Counted from the first letter of the stretch, positions 53,768-63,316 are shown. The stretch: DNA of 64,000 nucleotides from Christensenellaceae bacterium (GCA_045536405.1 JAZSNM010000025.1:23664-87663); one strand, 5' to 3'. Numbers and translations are program-made. Notes: generated by a model from the letters alone, not told the origin.

Positions 53768-54763
53768 TTATTTAAGTGTCAACAATTTAATAAAATTCAA
53801 AAAATTAGGATGAACAGCTGAAATAATCCACATTGCTATACCAATTACCAGCAAACCTATCCCAATAGAACCAAATGTAATGAAAGGCTTAATTGAAGTT
53901 TTAGTTCCAATTATTCTTTCTATTAAATAAAATATAACAGCTATTAAGGATAACAAAATGCCATTAATACATAACAATAAAACAATATTAAATGAATTTA
54001 CCAAAATACTAAGATTTACTATAAATAAAGGCACAATAGTAACTATTAAGGATACAATTGTAATAATACTATTTCTGTTTTCTTTTATTGTTTTTTCATT
54101 TTCCTTTATCAATACATCATTCTTTTGTATTGCGATTTCATTTTCTTTCGTTAATGCTTCTATTTTCCTTTTACTCTCTTCTAATTCTTTAGAAAGAACC
54201 TCTTCTTTTTCAGTAATATACGTTATTTTTTTAGTTAAAATATGTTCAATATTCGTTTCTTGATAATTAATAAAACTAACAAACGCAGGCTTATCGTTTT
54301 CAATTAGGTCGACAATTAACTCTATAAAATTTATAGTTTCAACGGTTGACGGAAGAACATAGTGCATAGAGCGATCCAAAACTAAATTATATTGAAATGC
54401 TTCTTCGGGATAAATTCTAATTATATTATTTAAAAATAATACAACCAACGCTTTATAAAAAACAAACTGATCGTTTGAAAATTTTCTTAATGCCTCTTTT
54501 TTAATGTTTTTAAAGTTTTCTACATATAAAAAAGATTCTCTAGGGATAACTGCGGTCATCGGGGGTAATTTTGCCCCATTAGAAAAGGATAAAAATACAA
54601 TTTCATCTAAAACTTCTCTATCAACAATTTGTTCATTGTTTAAAAACCTAATAATCTCCGATGACAGCTTGTATCCTATAGTATTGCTGTCAAAATTCTC
54701 AGCAAGACATATCAGACCTTTAAGTTCAATGTTTTTAATTTCTTCTTCGGTAAATGTTCTCAT
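53768..54763 (-). CDS. Soluble N-domain + coiled coil + 3-4 TM C-terminal protein (candidate membrane effector)
   Basis: 331 aa. The coiled coil is EVLSKELEESKRKIEALTKENEIAIQKNDVLIKENEKTIKEN. Hydrophobic segments then run to the C-terminus. It has its own TGATATAAT promoter at 54788-54796. Confidence 0.6.
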   Translation of the reverse strand: MRTFTEEEIKNIELKGLICLAENFDSNTIGYKLSSEIIRFLNNEQIVDREVLDEIVFLSFSNGAKLPPMTAVIPRESFLYVENFKNIKKEALRKFSNDQFVFYKALVVLFLNNIIRIYPEEAFQYNLVLDRSMHYVLPSTVETINFIELIVDLIENDKPAFVSFINYQETNIEHILTKKITYITEKEEVLSKELEESKRKIEALTKENEIAIQKNDVLIKENEKTIKENRNSIITIVSLIVTIVPLFIVNLSILVNSFNIVLLLCINGILLSLIAVIFYLIERIIGTKTSIKPFITFGSIGIGLLVIGIAMWIISAVHPNFLNFIKLLTLK

Positions 54764-54787
54764 AAGTTTCTCCTTTGTTTTTCTTGG

Positions 54788-54796
54788 ATTATATCA
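54788..54796 (-). promoter_or_regulatory. Extended -10 (TGATATAAT) for 53768..54763
   Basis: Plus-strand ATTATATCA lies 25 nt upstream of the ATG region. RBS AAAGGAGAAAC follows. Confidence 0.5.
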
Positions 54797-54836
54797 CGAA
54801 GTTGTTAAACCTAATATGGACAGACGCCAATTGTCC

Positions 54837-54865
54837 ACGTTTAGGTACATCTGACCGCTTTTGTA
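54837..54865 (-). terminator. Conserved post-stop hairpin module (copy C)
   Basis: ACGTTTAGGTACATCTGACCGCTTTTGTA matches 33159-33187 with one mismatch. It lies immediately after the stop of 54866..55882. Confidence 0.45.
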
Positions 54866-55882
54866 CTAAAATCTTACAGGTATATTAGATTTATGGATGA
54901 ATTTAGAATAATCTTCCACGTTAAACTCACAATATTTTAAGAAATCTTGTAAACTTTGTTCTGCTAAATCTATTTGTGTAGTAGGAGAAATTGTTAAAGA
55001 TTTTATAGCATTGTGAGAAAATTTTAATTCTAAATAAGGTATTAGAATCCCATTACTTATCCTATATTTATAAATTTCTTTATCTTTTAATTCTTTTAAT
55101 TTTGATTTAGGAACTGTTACAACAATTCTTAATTCCTTTTCTGGAGCAAAACAATCCCTTTTTATAAAACACAAATAATTGCCCGATGTATCTTTTTTAA
55201 ATTTACACTCATCTCCATCAAATTTATAAACGGGAATATCTATATCTTTTTTATCACGAGACATCTTATTAATCTCATTTTCCCACTTCTTTAATTCTAA
55301 TGCCTCATTAGAATAAATTTTTGCTGCAGAATAAAATAATTTCATTGTAGCCAACTGAAAGTTTGAGATTAATTCATTTGAAAACGCTTCACTATATTCA
55401 GATTTGTCGTCTTGACAATATTCAACAACACCAAATGACAATTCGCAACCATCCAAACACTCGTTTCCTTTCAATATGCTTTCAACTAAAAGTTTATCGT
55501 TGAATTCAATATTATATCCTTGATTATTGATTTCTTTTGTATAATAATTCCACATCGGAAGAGAATCTTGGTCTAAAGAAAAACAACATACAAAAGTTTG
55601 GTCCTCAATATTGCGTAAAGATTTTTCTATTTTCATAAACTCTCCTTCTGGCGAGTCTATTAGTTTGGCAAGTGTTGTTAATCCCGCTTTTATTTCATCC
55701 TTATCGTTTAGATAACCGATATTAGTAAACCTTAATGTGGAGTTCTCCAATATCGATTTTAAACCCAATATTGATGTATAATGAAAGATTTGCTTATCCT
55801 TAGTGCCTTGATTGAATTTAATTTTTTGTTTTGTCAACCTTTCATAGTTGATTGCCCGTTTATTAAAATTGAGTTCCGCCAT
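54866..55882 (-). CDS. DUF2971-like protein
   Basis: 338 aa. IFHYTSILGLKSILENSTLRFTNIGYLNDKDE, FVCCFSLDQDSLPMWNYYT..GYNIEF and FAPEKELRIVV fit my memory of the DUF2971 signature. Confidence 0.55.
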   Translation of the reverse strand: MAELNFNKRAINYERLTKQKIKFNQGTKDKQIFHYTSILGLKSILENSTLRFTNIGYLNDKDEIKAGLTTLAKLIDSPEGEFMKIEKSLRNIEDQTFVCCFSLDQDSLPMWNYYTKEINNQGYNIEFNDKLLVESILKGNECLDGCELSFGVVEYCQDDKSEYSEAFSNELISNFQLATMKLFYSAAKIYSNEALELKKWENEINKMSRDKKDIDIPVYKFDGDECKFKKDTSGNYLCFIKRDCFAPEKELRIVVTVPKSKLKELKDKEIYKYRISNGILIPYLELKFSHNAIKSLTISPTTQIDLAEQSLQDFLKYCEFNVEDYSKFIHKSNIPVRF

Positions 55883-55952
55883 ACTTATTCCTTTTCTTTT
55901 GTTCCTTACACGAATACAATACTATTATCAATTTTATTAATTTATATAAGTT

Positions 55953-58511
55953 TTAATCGTTCTTATTCTTAAAAGCCTCTAACAGTTGTGCTTCTATCTC
56001 AGACCTAAAACCATTAAAATAAGTTCCGTCCAACAGCTTCTTTTCAAAATCAGGATATGACGATGGCGACAATATATTAAAATGATATTGAATATCTTTG
56101 CCTTGATTTTCCAACTCTTTGTTAAGAAGTGCAAAATGCTTCATTGCATCAATATACTTCGAATAATTCTCCTTCGAGATATCCCTGTCAGCTTTTGTTT
56201 CTACCACAACTATATGTTTGCCTATTTTCAAGAAGAAATCAGGATTAAAATCTTTAGGACTACTTCCACGTTTCAATATATATGATATTTTATAAAAACC
56301 TACATCTCTTGATTTTATCCAAGAATCAATGATTGCCGACATATTATCTTTTATAATCATTTCAACAAACTTTGTTTCAGGTTCGCGATTAGTAAAAACT
56401 AAACTTAACGGCGTTTTAAAATTGTACACATTACATTGCTTAAATTGCTTGCGTGGAAATTCATCCATAAAATGCTCAAAAACCTCAACTTCTTCATCAA
56501 GCAATTCATTTTTATAGTCATTACTATAATATACAACAATACCATTTTTTAAAGATGAAAACCTTATTGATGATTTATCAAGTTTTATCGTAGATATTTC
56601 TTCAGGAGATTTTACTTTGTTTTCAAAACCTGCTGAAGTGCGCTTTTTACGCAGCAATCCCGTGAATTTACCATTGATTTTTTCAATATTGACCGCAGTT
56701 AACCTATTACCGTTAATATTGGCTTCTTTCATTGATTTTTTGATAAAATCAACTATTTCTTGATATGTCGGCAATTTATCCATTTCGGTTTCGCCGTTAT
56801 TAAAAATCAACTCATTAGACAAATTTCGAATACGCGCTTCGTTTTTTCTACTACGATATTGATTTATTATAGCCGTAGCCACTTCTTCAACTGTTTTTGT
56901 TTCTTTTAAAATTTCATATTCTATATCTTCTGTTCTATTTTTGGCATCTAAATATGTAACAGAACGTGAAATTTTTTCTTCTTGGGTAACAAGTGTCAAT
57001 GGCTTGCTTATATCAAAAGTTTCTGTTTTGTCATAGTTTTCATTAAACTTTTGCGTTTCTACTTTATCATAGTCTAATTTGTGTAAAGTAAAATTATGGT
57101 TTGCGCGGTCTCCTTCTAAGATTACACGACTTGGAAGTATTGCTTCATTTTCCAATACCTCGTCTACAATTTTTCTAATATTCTTACCCCAAGAAGAGTG
57201 ATTAAATACTCTTACCGAAGGCTGCATTTTAAGAGATTCTGGAATTCGTAACCCTCTTCCCAAGACCTGAGAAATTAGAAGTTTTGAATTAAACGCTCTA
57301 TCTTCCCAGGGCACAATTTGAAACACGTTTTTGACGTCCCAACCTTCAGTTAGCATAGAGACAGAAATAATCCACTCTACACGATTATCTTTTTCATCAA
57401 CAGTTTGTAGTATTGGAATATTATTTTTATGGTCCTTATGAGAGGTCACAATTAAAACCTCTCTTTCAATTTCGGACCTGTCTCTATTAGTAAATGATGT
57501 TAAGAAATCTACAAAATCCTCTTCAAGATTCTTGGCAGACTGAATATCTGCGGTTACGATTATAGAAATCGGTTTTATCGAGGTGTATTTATTTTTATTT
57601 TTTATGTGATTTTGATAAATCTTTTGAAACTTTTCATTATCGTTTTCACTAACATCTTCATCAACATAATTAATATTTTTCACAATACGGTCGTCAATTG
57701 CTTGTCTTAAAGAATATCTATAAATTACATCGTTAAAATATGTATCTCCTTTATACGCTGTACCCGTGAATCCTATATGATATTTAAAGCCATAATCAAA
57801 ACTAGTGACAAACGCTTTCCATTTCTTTATATCTGAATCGCTCGAGCCGTTATAAGCATGGTGAACCTCATCGCTTAAAACAAGAGTATCCTCACCCGTA
57901 TTTTCAAAACTGTCTTTTATTGAAGAGCCTGTATTACTATAAACAGCATGAATATTTTCAATACAAATATCTCCATTTGTAATGGTTTGATTTGCTTTTG
58001 TCAATTGAAACGCGCACGGCATATACTTATCTGGAACAGCACTAAGCAAATCTTCTCTACATAAAAGATTTTGAAACTTTTTATTTAGTTCCGATTCAAT
58101 TGTTAAAGATGGGCATAAAATTAAAGTGCGTTTAACTTTTGCTATAGCCATCATAATAAAACAAATACCAAATATAACGTAACTTTTTCCTGTTCCTGTC
58201 GCTAAATCTATAGTAGCCGATAAAATATTGGGTATCTGTAAATCTTTTAAATATTGCGATAATGAAGAATATATAGTCTTAATATCTTCATTCTTTTCAT
58301 AGTTTTCCGCAACTAAATTATTTATCATGTCATATTCGCCAGAAGCTAAAAACACTAACGCTGTTTTTATTGCTTCTTTTTGATATTCACGGTCACCACA
58401 TAAAATATCCAAAAAATCCTGCCATTCCTCTAAGTTTAAGGCTACATGATTATAATTTGAACTAACTTTTAAAACCAAGTTTTTTATATCAGTTTTAATT
58501 ATCCCTTCCAT
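55953..58511 (-). CDS. res: Type III restriction enzyme Res subunit (SF2 helicase + PD-(D/E)xK nuclease)
   Basis: 852 aa with DLATGTGKS (motif I), SDEVHHAY (motif II), FTGTA, MLTEGWDVKNV and QVLGRGLR (motif VI). The C-terminal nuclease-like segment is DFNPDFF...VVVETKA. Confidence 0.85.
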   Translation of the reverse strand: MEGIIKTDIKNLVLKVSSNYNHVALNLEEWQDFLDILCGDREYQKEAIKTALVFLASGEYDMINNLVAENYEKNEDIKTIYSSLSQYLKDLQIPNILSATIDLATGTGKSYVIFGICFIMMAIAKVKRTLILCPSLTIESELNKKFQNLLCREDLLSAVPDKYMPCAFQLTKANQTITNGDICIENIHAVYSNTGSSIKDSFENTGEDTLVLSDEVHHAYNGSSDSDIKKWKAFVTSFDYGFKYHIGFTGTAYKGDTYFNDVIYRYSLRQAIDDRIVKNINYVDEDVSENDNEKFQKIYQNHIKNKNKYTSIKPISIIVTADIQSAKNLEEDFVDFLTSFTNRDRSEIEREVLIVTSHKDHKNNIPILQTVDEKDNRVEWIISVSMLTEGWDVKNVFQIVPWEDRAFNSKLLISQVLGRGLRIPESLKMQPSVRVFNHSSWGKNIRKIVDEVLENEAILPSRVILEGDRANHNFTLHKLDYDKVETQKFNENYDKTETFDISKPLTLVTQEEKISRSVTYLDAKNRTEDIEYEILKETKTVEEVATAIINQYRSRKNEARIRNLSNELIFNNGETEMDKLPTYQEIVDFIKKSMKEANINGNRLTAVNIEKINGKFTGLLRKKRTSAGFENKVKSPEEISTIKLDKSSIRFSSLKNGIVVYYSNDYKNELLDEEVEVFEHFMDEFPRKQFKQCNVYNFKTPLSLVFTNREPETKFVEMIIKDNMSAIIDSWIKSRDVGFYKISYILKRGSSPKDFNPDFFLKIGKHIVVVETKADRDISKENYSKYIDAMKHFALLNKELENQGKDIQYHFNILSPSSYPDFEKKLLDGTYFNGFRSEIEAQLLEAFKNKND

Positions 58512-60512
58512 TTATTTTATCTCCAAAACTTCCTTAAATTCGTTACCAAAAATGTCTACGTATATTAATTTCATTTTATTAGTCAAACATTTAGTTGAAT
58601 CAATTTCGATAACATATCCTTTATCTGTTTCAATTTCATCCGCAAAATAAACTTCTTGCATAATAAAATTCTCGTTAGAACTTGTGTCTAGTAAAACCAT
58701 TGCTAAAATTTTCTCAATTGGATTATTATCTTTGTCAAGTTGCATATACGGTGATGTAACACTACTTATTTCAATTTTAACTTTATTTTTTTGAATACTA
58801 AGCTTAGACTTTACTTCAGGCATTTCATTAAAGTAAAAACCTACTGAATTTTCTATAGAGTTAATATTTTCTTTCTTATTGGGTTGTTGTAGCTTTTTAA
58901 ATTTTAATTTGTGCAATTCGGCAATTACTTGGTAGGGAATTCTAAGCAAATAATATTTTACGTCTCCTACTTTATAATAATCTCCTATAATATCCACGTT
59001 CATTTCTGGTGCAATTAAATAAAAACGTTTTCCAATACGACCACCAAATTGCGCATGCAACTCCTCAATATAACTTTCATCAATTGCCGTATTGTTTTCA
59101 AAATCCTGAAATGTAAAGACTTTTACCCAATCTCCACGACGTTTACCGTCAATCTTGATACCATTTATCTTTGTTTCTTGCCTATCAATATGGAACAAAT
59201 CTAAAACAAAATTATAGTATTTATCTCTTTCTAAATTAAATACTGTTTCTAAATTATAACACCCTGCATTAACAAGACAAAAAGAAGCTGGTTTATGAAG
59301 TGTTAATAATCTTTTTTGTATAGTGTAAATAGACAGCTTTCCCAAATCACAACCTATCCACCTTCTTTGCATTTTCTCAGATGCTATCAAAGTAGTTCCG
59401 CTTCCCGCAAAAAAGTCCATAACTATATCGTCTTTATCAGTAGTCATTTCAATAATTCTCTGGAGCAACGATAATGGCTTTTGCGTTGGATAACCACAGA
59501 TTTCCTTATTGCTACCTTGCAAGTTTGGACAATCCACCCAAAGATTGTTAGCTAATTTCCCCGAATTTTCTCTTTCATTCCAATATGCTTTTTCCTGAAG
59601 AGATTTTCCGTTCATCCACAATCTATTATCAAGTTCTAATGCTTTTAATTTTTCATATACCATTCTCCAACCCTTTTTGGGCGCTTTCCATTTTTTACCT
59701 GTCTCGTCAACATACTCATATTTAGTTCCAACCGTAGGTCCATCCGTTTTTTGCAATGGATACAACCTATATTTACCTCTACCGTCATTATCATCATATT
59801 TGTACATCTTTAGCGTTTTGTCTGACAAGGCTGTATACACATTTCTGAACTTATATCTATCCGTTTTGGTATACCAACATATAAATTGTGTATCTTTAGA
59901 TAAATTTTTGGTCAAAGTTTTTCCAGAACTAGAACTTTGCCAAACAATCTCGTTCCTAAAATTATTTTCGCCGAATATTTCATCCATAACGATTTTGATA
60001 TAATGATACTTTTTCATATCTAGGTGTACAAAAATGCTACCATCATCGGCTAATAATTCTTTTGCCAACATAAGACGTTCTCTTATAAATTCAATGAATT
60101 CCGCACCCTTAATCTTATCACTATACGCTTTTTCTCCGTCTTTAGCAGAAAAATCTCCCTCTGTTGCAAATGGAGGGTCTATATAAATAAGTTTAACCTT
60201 CCCTTTTACTTTATCCTTAATTAAAGGGTCTTTATTCTCATAAATGGTTTTAAGCGCTTGAAAATTATCGCCACAAATAAGTAAATTGTGCCAATCTTCA
60301 GTAGCGCTACAATTAAATTCTTTTTCTATTTGAAAAGGAACAGCTTGAGGCTCGTTTCCAATAGAAAGTATTTCTTGTTTTGACTTTTTCTCTTTGTAAG
60401 TTAAAGAATACTCCTTATGGTCTATAGGAAATAAAACTTCTTGATAAGAAGAAGGAAGCGGTTTACCACTTTGTAAAATATTAACAATTGTATCTATAGT
60501 ATTTTTATCCAT
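58512..60512 (-). CDS. mod: Type III R-M Mod subunit (beta-class N6A/N4C DNA methyltransferase)
   Basis: 666 aa. LIYIDPPF (motif IV) precedes FFAGSGTT (motif I). The stop abuts the res start. Confidence 0.85.
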   Translation of the reverse strand: MDKNTIDTIVNILQSGKPLPSSYQEVLFPIDHKEYSLTYKEKKSKQEILSIGNEPQAVPFQIEKEFNCSATEDWHNLLICGDNFQALKTIYENKDPLIKDKVKGKVKLIYIDPPFATEGDFSAKDGEKAYSDKIKGAEFIEFIRERLMLAKELLADDGSIFVHLDMKKYHYIKIVMDEIFGENNFRNEIVWQSSSSGKTLTKNLSKDTQFICWYTKTDRYKFRNVYTALSDKTLKMYKYDDNDGRGKYRLYPLQKTDGPTVGTKYEYVDETGKKWKAPKKGWRMVYEKLKALELDNRLWMNGKSLQEKAYWNERENSGKLANNLWVDCPNLQGSNKEICGYPTQKPLSLLQRIIEMTTDKDDIVMDFFAGSGTTLIASEKMQRRWIGCDLGKLSIYTIQKRLLTLHKPASFCLVNAGCYNLETVFNLERDKYYNFVLDLFHIDRQETKINGIKIDGKRRGDWVKVFTFQDFENNTAIDESYIEELHAQFGGRIGKRFYLIAPEMNVDIIGDYYKVGDVKYYLLRIPYQVIAELHKLKFKKLQQPNKKENINSIENSVGFYFNEMPEVKSKLSIQKNKVKIEISSVTSPYMQLDKDNNPIEKILAMVLLDTSSNENFIMQEVYFADEIETDKGYVIEIDSTKCLTNKMKLIYVDIFGNEFKEVLEIK

Positions 60513-60534
60513 AATTTAACTCCATTTTTTCTTA

Positions 60535-60570
60535 ATTATATCATACTAAATATGACAATTTCCGTCATAT
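60535..60570 (-). promoter_or_regulatory. Promoter-operator module upstream of mod
   Basis: The minus strand reads ATATGACggaaattGTCATAT (60550-60570), then 9 nt, then TGATATAAT. RBS TGGAG and the ATG at 60512 follow. Confidence 0.6.
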
Positions 60571-61509
60571 TTAATTATTTTCTTTTGTTCTCCAAAGTGC
60601 GGCGGGGTGATGTTTTATATTCGCTACAATTTCTTCGTTATCGAATAATAATTCGGGAGCATAGGTTTTCTCTTTTAATTTACTTAAAAACTCTTTCTCT
60701 CCGTCCGTTAAAACAAGTAAATCTTTTACGTACGCCAGAACTTTTTCTTTTGCCTTTTCAATGTCAAACTTATCGTCTTTGGATATAACGGGTTTTAATT
60801 GAGTTTTATATTTTCTATAATCTAATCTTTCCACGTTTTTATAATCTAATGTTTGAATATCATAATCCCCGCCGATAGCGTTATAAAATACAAGACATTT
60901 TCTTAAAAGTTCAGTATCCGTTATAACGTTATTTTCTATCATAGCGTTAACGTCGTATAAATCTCTTGGCGTAGCACGTGATAAAAGTGCGTTGATTTTA
61001 CTAGCGTAGAGTTCAGTAGTATTTAAGGTTAAAACTTCAAAATCTTCTACTATACCTTTCGTTAAAATTTTCTTCTTTTCAAGCGGTAACACGTGGCATC
61101 TATCCAAGAAGTTAATTTCAACCTTTATATTGTCACGATTGCCTGCGTTATTAATGTAATTAAATAAGAACGACGTTAAAGCGAAATGGTCACGGGAATC
61201 TGCAAGCGAATAGCCTTCTTGCCACATATAGTCGGTTAAGCGCTTTTTAAACTTCTCTTTAATTTCGGGCAATTCTTCCCTATCGACGTTTACGGTAAAA
61301 TCCAAATCGATATCAACAGAAAGGCGTGGAAGTTCTACCGCAGTTAGATTTATAGCCGTACCGCCTTTAAGAGCAAGTTTATCCTTAAAGACAATGTCGC
61401 TATTTAAGAATTTTAATATTTCAGAAAGACGTAAAACTTTTTCCAAAGTATCTTTTATAAAGTTAGATTCTTGGGCAAGTCTTGTCAAGTATTGTCTTGA
61501 AAATTCCAT
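60571..61509 (-). CDS. abiEii: AbiEii/AbiGii-family nucleotidyltransferase toxin
   Basis: 312 aa with LALKGGTAINL and SVDIDLDF motifs. Confidence 0.8.
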   Translation of the reverse strand: MEFSRQYLTRLAQESNFIKDTLEKVLRLSEILKFLNSDIVFKDKLALKGGTAINLTAVELPRLSVDIDLDFTVNVDREELPEIKEKFKKRLTDYMWQEGYSLADSRDHFALTSFLFNYINNAGNRDNIKVEINFLDRCHVLPLEKKKILTKGIVEDFEVLTLNTTELYASKINALLSRATPRDLYDVNAMIENNVITDTELLRKCLVFYNAIGGDYDIQTLDYKNVERLDYRKYKTQLKPVISKDDKFDIEKAKEKVLAYVKDLLVLTDGEKEFLSKLKEKTYAPELLFDNEEIVANIKHHPAALWRTKENN

Positions 61510-62246
61510 TAATATCCCCCGTTTAGACGAGATTTAAGATTTTTAGGAGCCATAAGTTTCCACTTAGAATTAAATTCTATCTCTTTATACTCGTTTTGTA
61601 AAAAATATTTTATCTGATTGGTTAGTTTGCTTTTACACTCTTCAAAGAACGAATCGGGCAGCATAAATTTGTCTTGAAAATGTTCTAACACGTAGCCTGC
61701 TTTTTGATATAGAAATACCGAATCATATACTTTTAACGTTTCAAGTAGTTTTGTTTCGTCTAAAACACGAATTTGGTCAAGCGCATTTAAGATTTCATCA
61801 ATTCCACCACCTGCATCAATATCGTCAAGGCAGTCAACAACTGTTCGTTCAAGAGACGTTACACGAACTGCAGCAGTTATTATATTCATAATTTGAACGT
61901 CGTGTTTTAAAGGTTTACGAACATAGTCGATATCATCAAAAGTAAAATCGTTGAATCGTTTTTTACTACCAACCGTTACGGTATTAAAAACTTGATTAGC
62001 CACGCCAAAATATTCAAAAGCAGAATGATAGCACACGAAAGCATCTTCAGCGATTTTTGTAGCAAGTTCAAACTTTGTAGTAAGCGGATATCCCGACACG
62101 TCAACGTGAACGTATAACCCGTTGCGAACTTTAACAATTTTTTTAGAACGAACCTGCCCCGCTATCCAATTTTCGTATTGTTTATCATTTATAAAATTGC
62201 CTATTACGTCCTTTTTTGTAAACGTATAAGGGATAAATTTTACCAT
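61509..62246 (-). CDS. abiEi: AbiEi-family antitoxin/transcriptional regulator
   Basis: 245 aa. The N-terminal wHTH context is KIVKVRNGLYVHVD. It overlaps the abiEii start by 1 nt. Confidence 0.7.
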   Translation of the reverse strand: MVKFIPYTFTKKDVIGNFINDKQYENWIAGQVRSKKIVKVRNGLYVHVDVSGYPLTTKFELATKIAEDAFVCYHSAFEYFGVANQVFNTVTVGSKKRFNDFTFDDIDYVRKPLKHDVQIMNIITAAVRVTSLERTVVDCLDDIDAGGGIDEILNALDQIRVLDETKLLETLKVYDSVFLYQKAGYVLEHFQDKFMLPDSFFEECKSKLTNQIKYFLQNEYKEIEFNSKWKLMAPKNLKSRLNGGY

Positions 62247-62284
62247 TTATATATCCTCAAAACTAATTTTAACCATTTTAACAT

Positions 62285-62326
62285 AAAACACTACAAAAGT
62301 CAAGTGGTTTGTGTAGATTTGGTTAA
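62285..62326 (-). promoter_or_regulatory. abiE promoter region (repeat R1)
   Basis: The minus strand has TTGACT, a 17-nt spacer, then TAAAAT. The 42-nt block is similar to R2 at 62429-62470. Confidence 0.5.
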
Positions 62327-62428
62327 TATTTAGTAATACTGTACCTGATTTGCATAATTTCCGTAGAAAAAACGACGTTTTTAAAGCATTTTAGGTATAA
62401 AAAATATTGGTTTTAACTGTTTTTACGC

Positions 62429-62470
62429 AAAACACTACGTTGAATAAGTGTTTCGTGTGAGTTTAGTTAA
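62429..62470 (-). repeat. Degenerate second copy (R2) of the abiE promoter block
   Basis: AAAACACTAC....AAGTG.TT.GTGT...TTAGTTAA matches R1 at about 30 of 42 positions by hand. Confidence 0.45.
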
Positions 62471-62542
62471 AAAGAAAAGTCGATAGCAATAGCCACCGAC
62501 CTATTTTCTAAAAATTATAATAATTAAAAACCTTATCAACGA

Positions 62543-62776
62543 TTAATCTTCTATTTCATCAAATAACGTATCGTCAAAAAATTCTTTGAGCGATATACCC
62601 AAAGTTGCAACAATTTGATAGATTGTATCGAGTTTTACTGTTTTATATTTACCGTCAACAGTAACTGAAATTGTAGAACGAGGAATACCTCCATTTTTGT
62701 ATAACTGATATTGAGTCATATTGCGTTCTGCGAGCAAATTTTCCACCCTCTTACCTACTGCTTCAGATAATTTCAT
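62543..62776 (-). CDS. XRE-family HTH protein
   Basis: The start is set at the ATG at 62774-62776 (MKLSEAV) after AAGGAGG. The HTH is NMTQYQLYKNGGIPRSTISV. Confidence 0.75.
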   Translation of the reverse strand: MKLSEAVGKRVENLLAERNMTQYQLYKNGGIPRSTISVTVDGKYKTVKLDTIYQIVATLGISLKEFFDDTLFDEIED

Positions 62777-62926
62777 AATAGCCTCCTTACGTTTACCACA
62801 ATAAACGTTCATTGCAATAATTATAGTTTGTGCAATTAAAATTTTAGTTTATTGTGCTGAACGCTTTTCAAAACGAAGTTTATTGTGATAAACTATTGTG
62901 TGAGGGCAATTATTATGATTATTACT

Positions 62927-63169
62927 TTATTCAAAATCAACATCTTCTGATAAGAAAATCTCATTATTGAGAAACTCTATTATCGACATATCAAAACCTC
63001 TTGCCAACATATAAATCGTACTCAATGTTACCGTTTTGTTTCGTCCATTCATAATACACGCCATACTTCCGTGTAATATACCCGACTTTTGTTCTAATCT
63101 GTATTGAGTCATCCCCTTTTCTTTTAATAATTGGTTTATTCTTTTAGCTGTTGCTTCACATACGTTCAT
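62927..63169 (-). CDS. XRE-family HTH protein
   Basis: 80 aa with HTH GMTQYRLEQKSGILHGSMACIMNG. It is a paralog-like relative of 62543..62776. Confidence 0.75.
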   Translation of the reverse strand: MNVCEATAKRINQLLKEKGMTQYRLEQKSGILHGSMACIMNGRNKTVTLSTIYMLARGFDMSIIEFLNNEIFLSEDVDFE

Positions 63170-63316
63170 GCGTCATTCCTCCTACGCAGTTATATCTACA
63201 TATAAGTTTAACAGTTTACGTTTCTAAATATACGTAGCTAAACCTACGTAAACGCTTGCTATTTTTCTAAATGTTTTGATATAATATGTAGGTAAATCTA
63301 CGCATTGAGGCTATGC

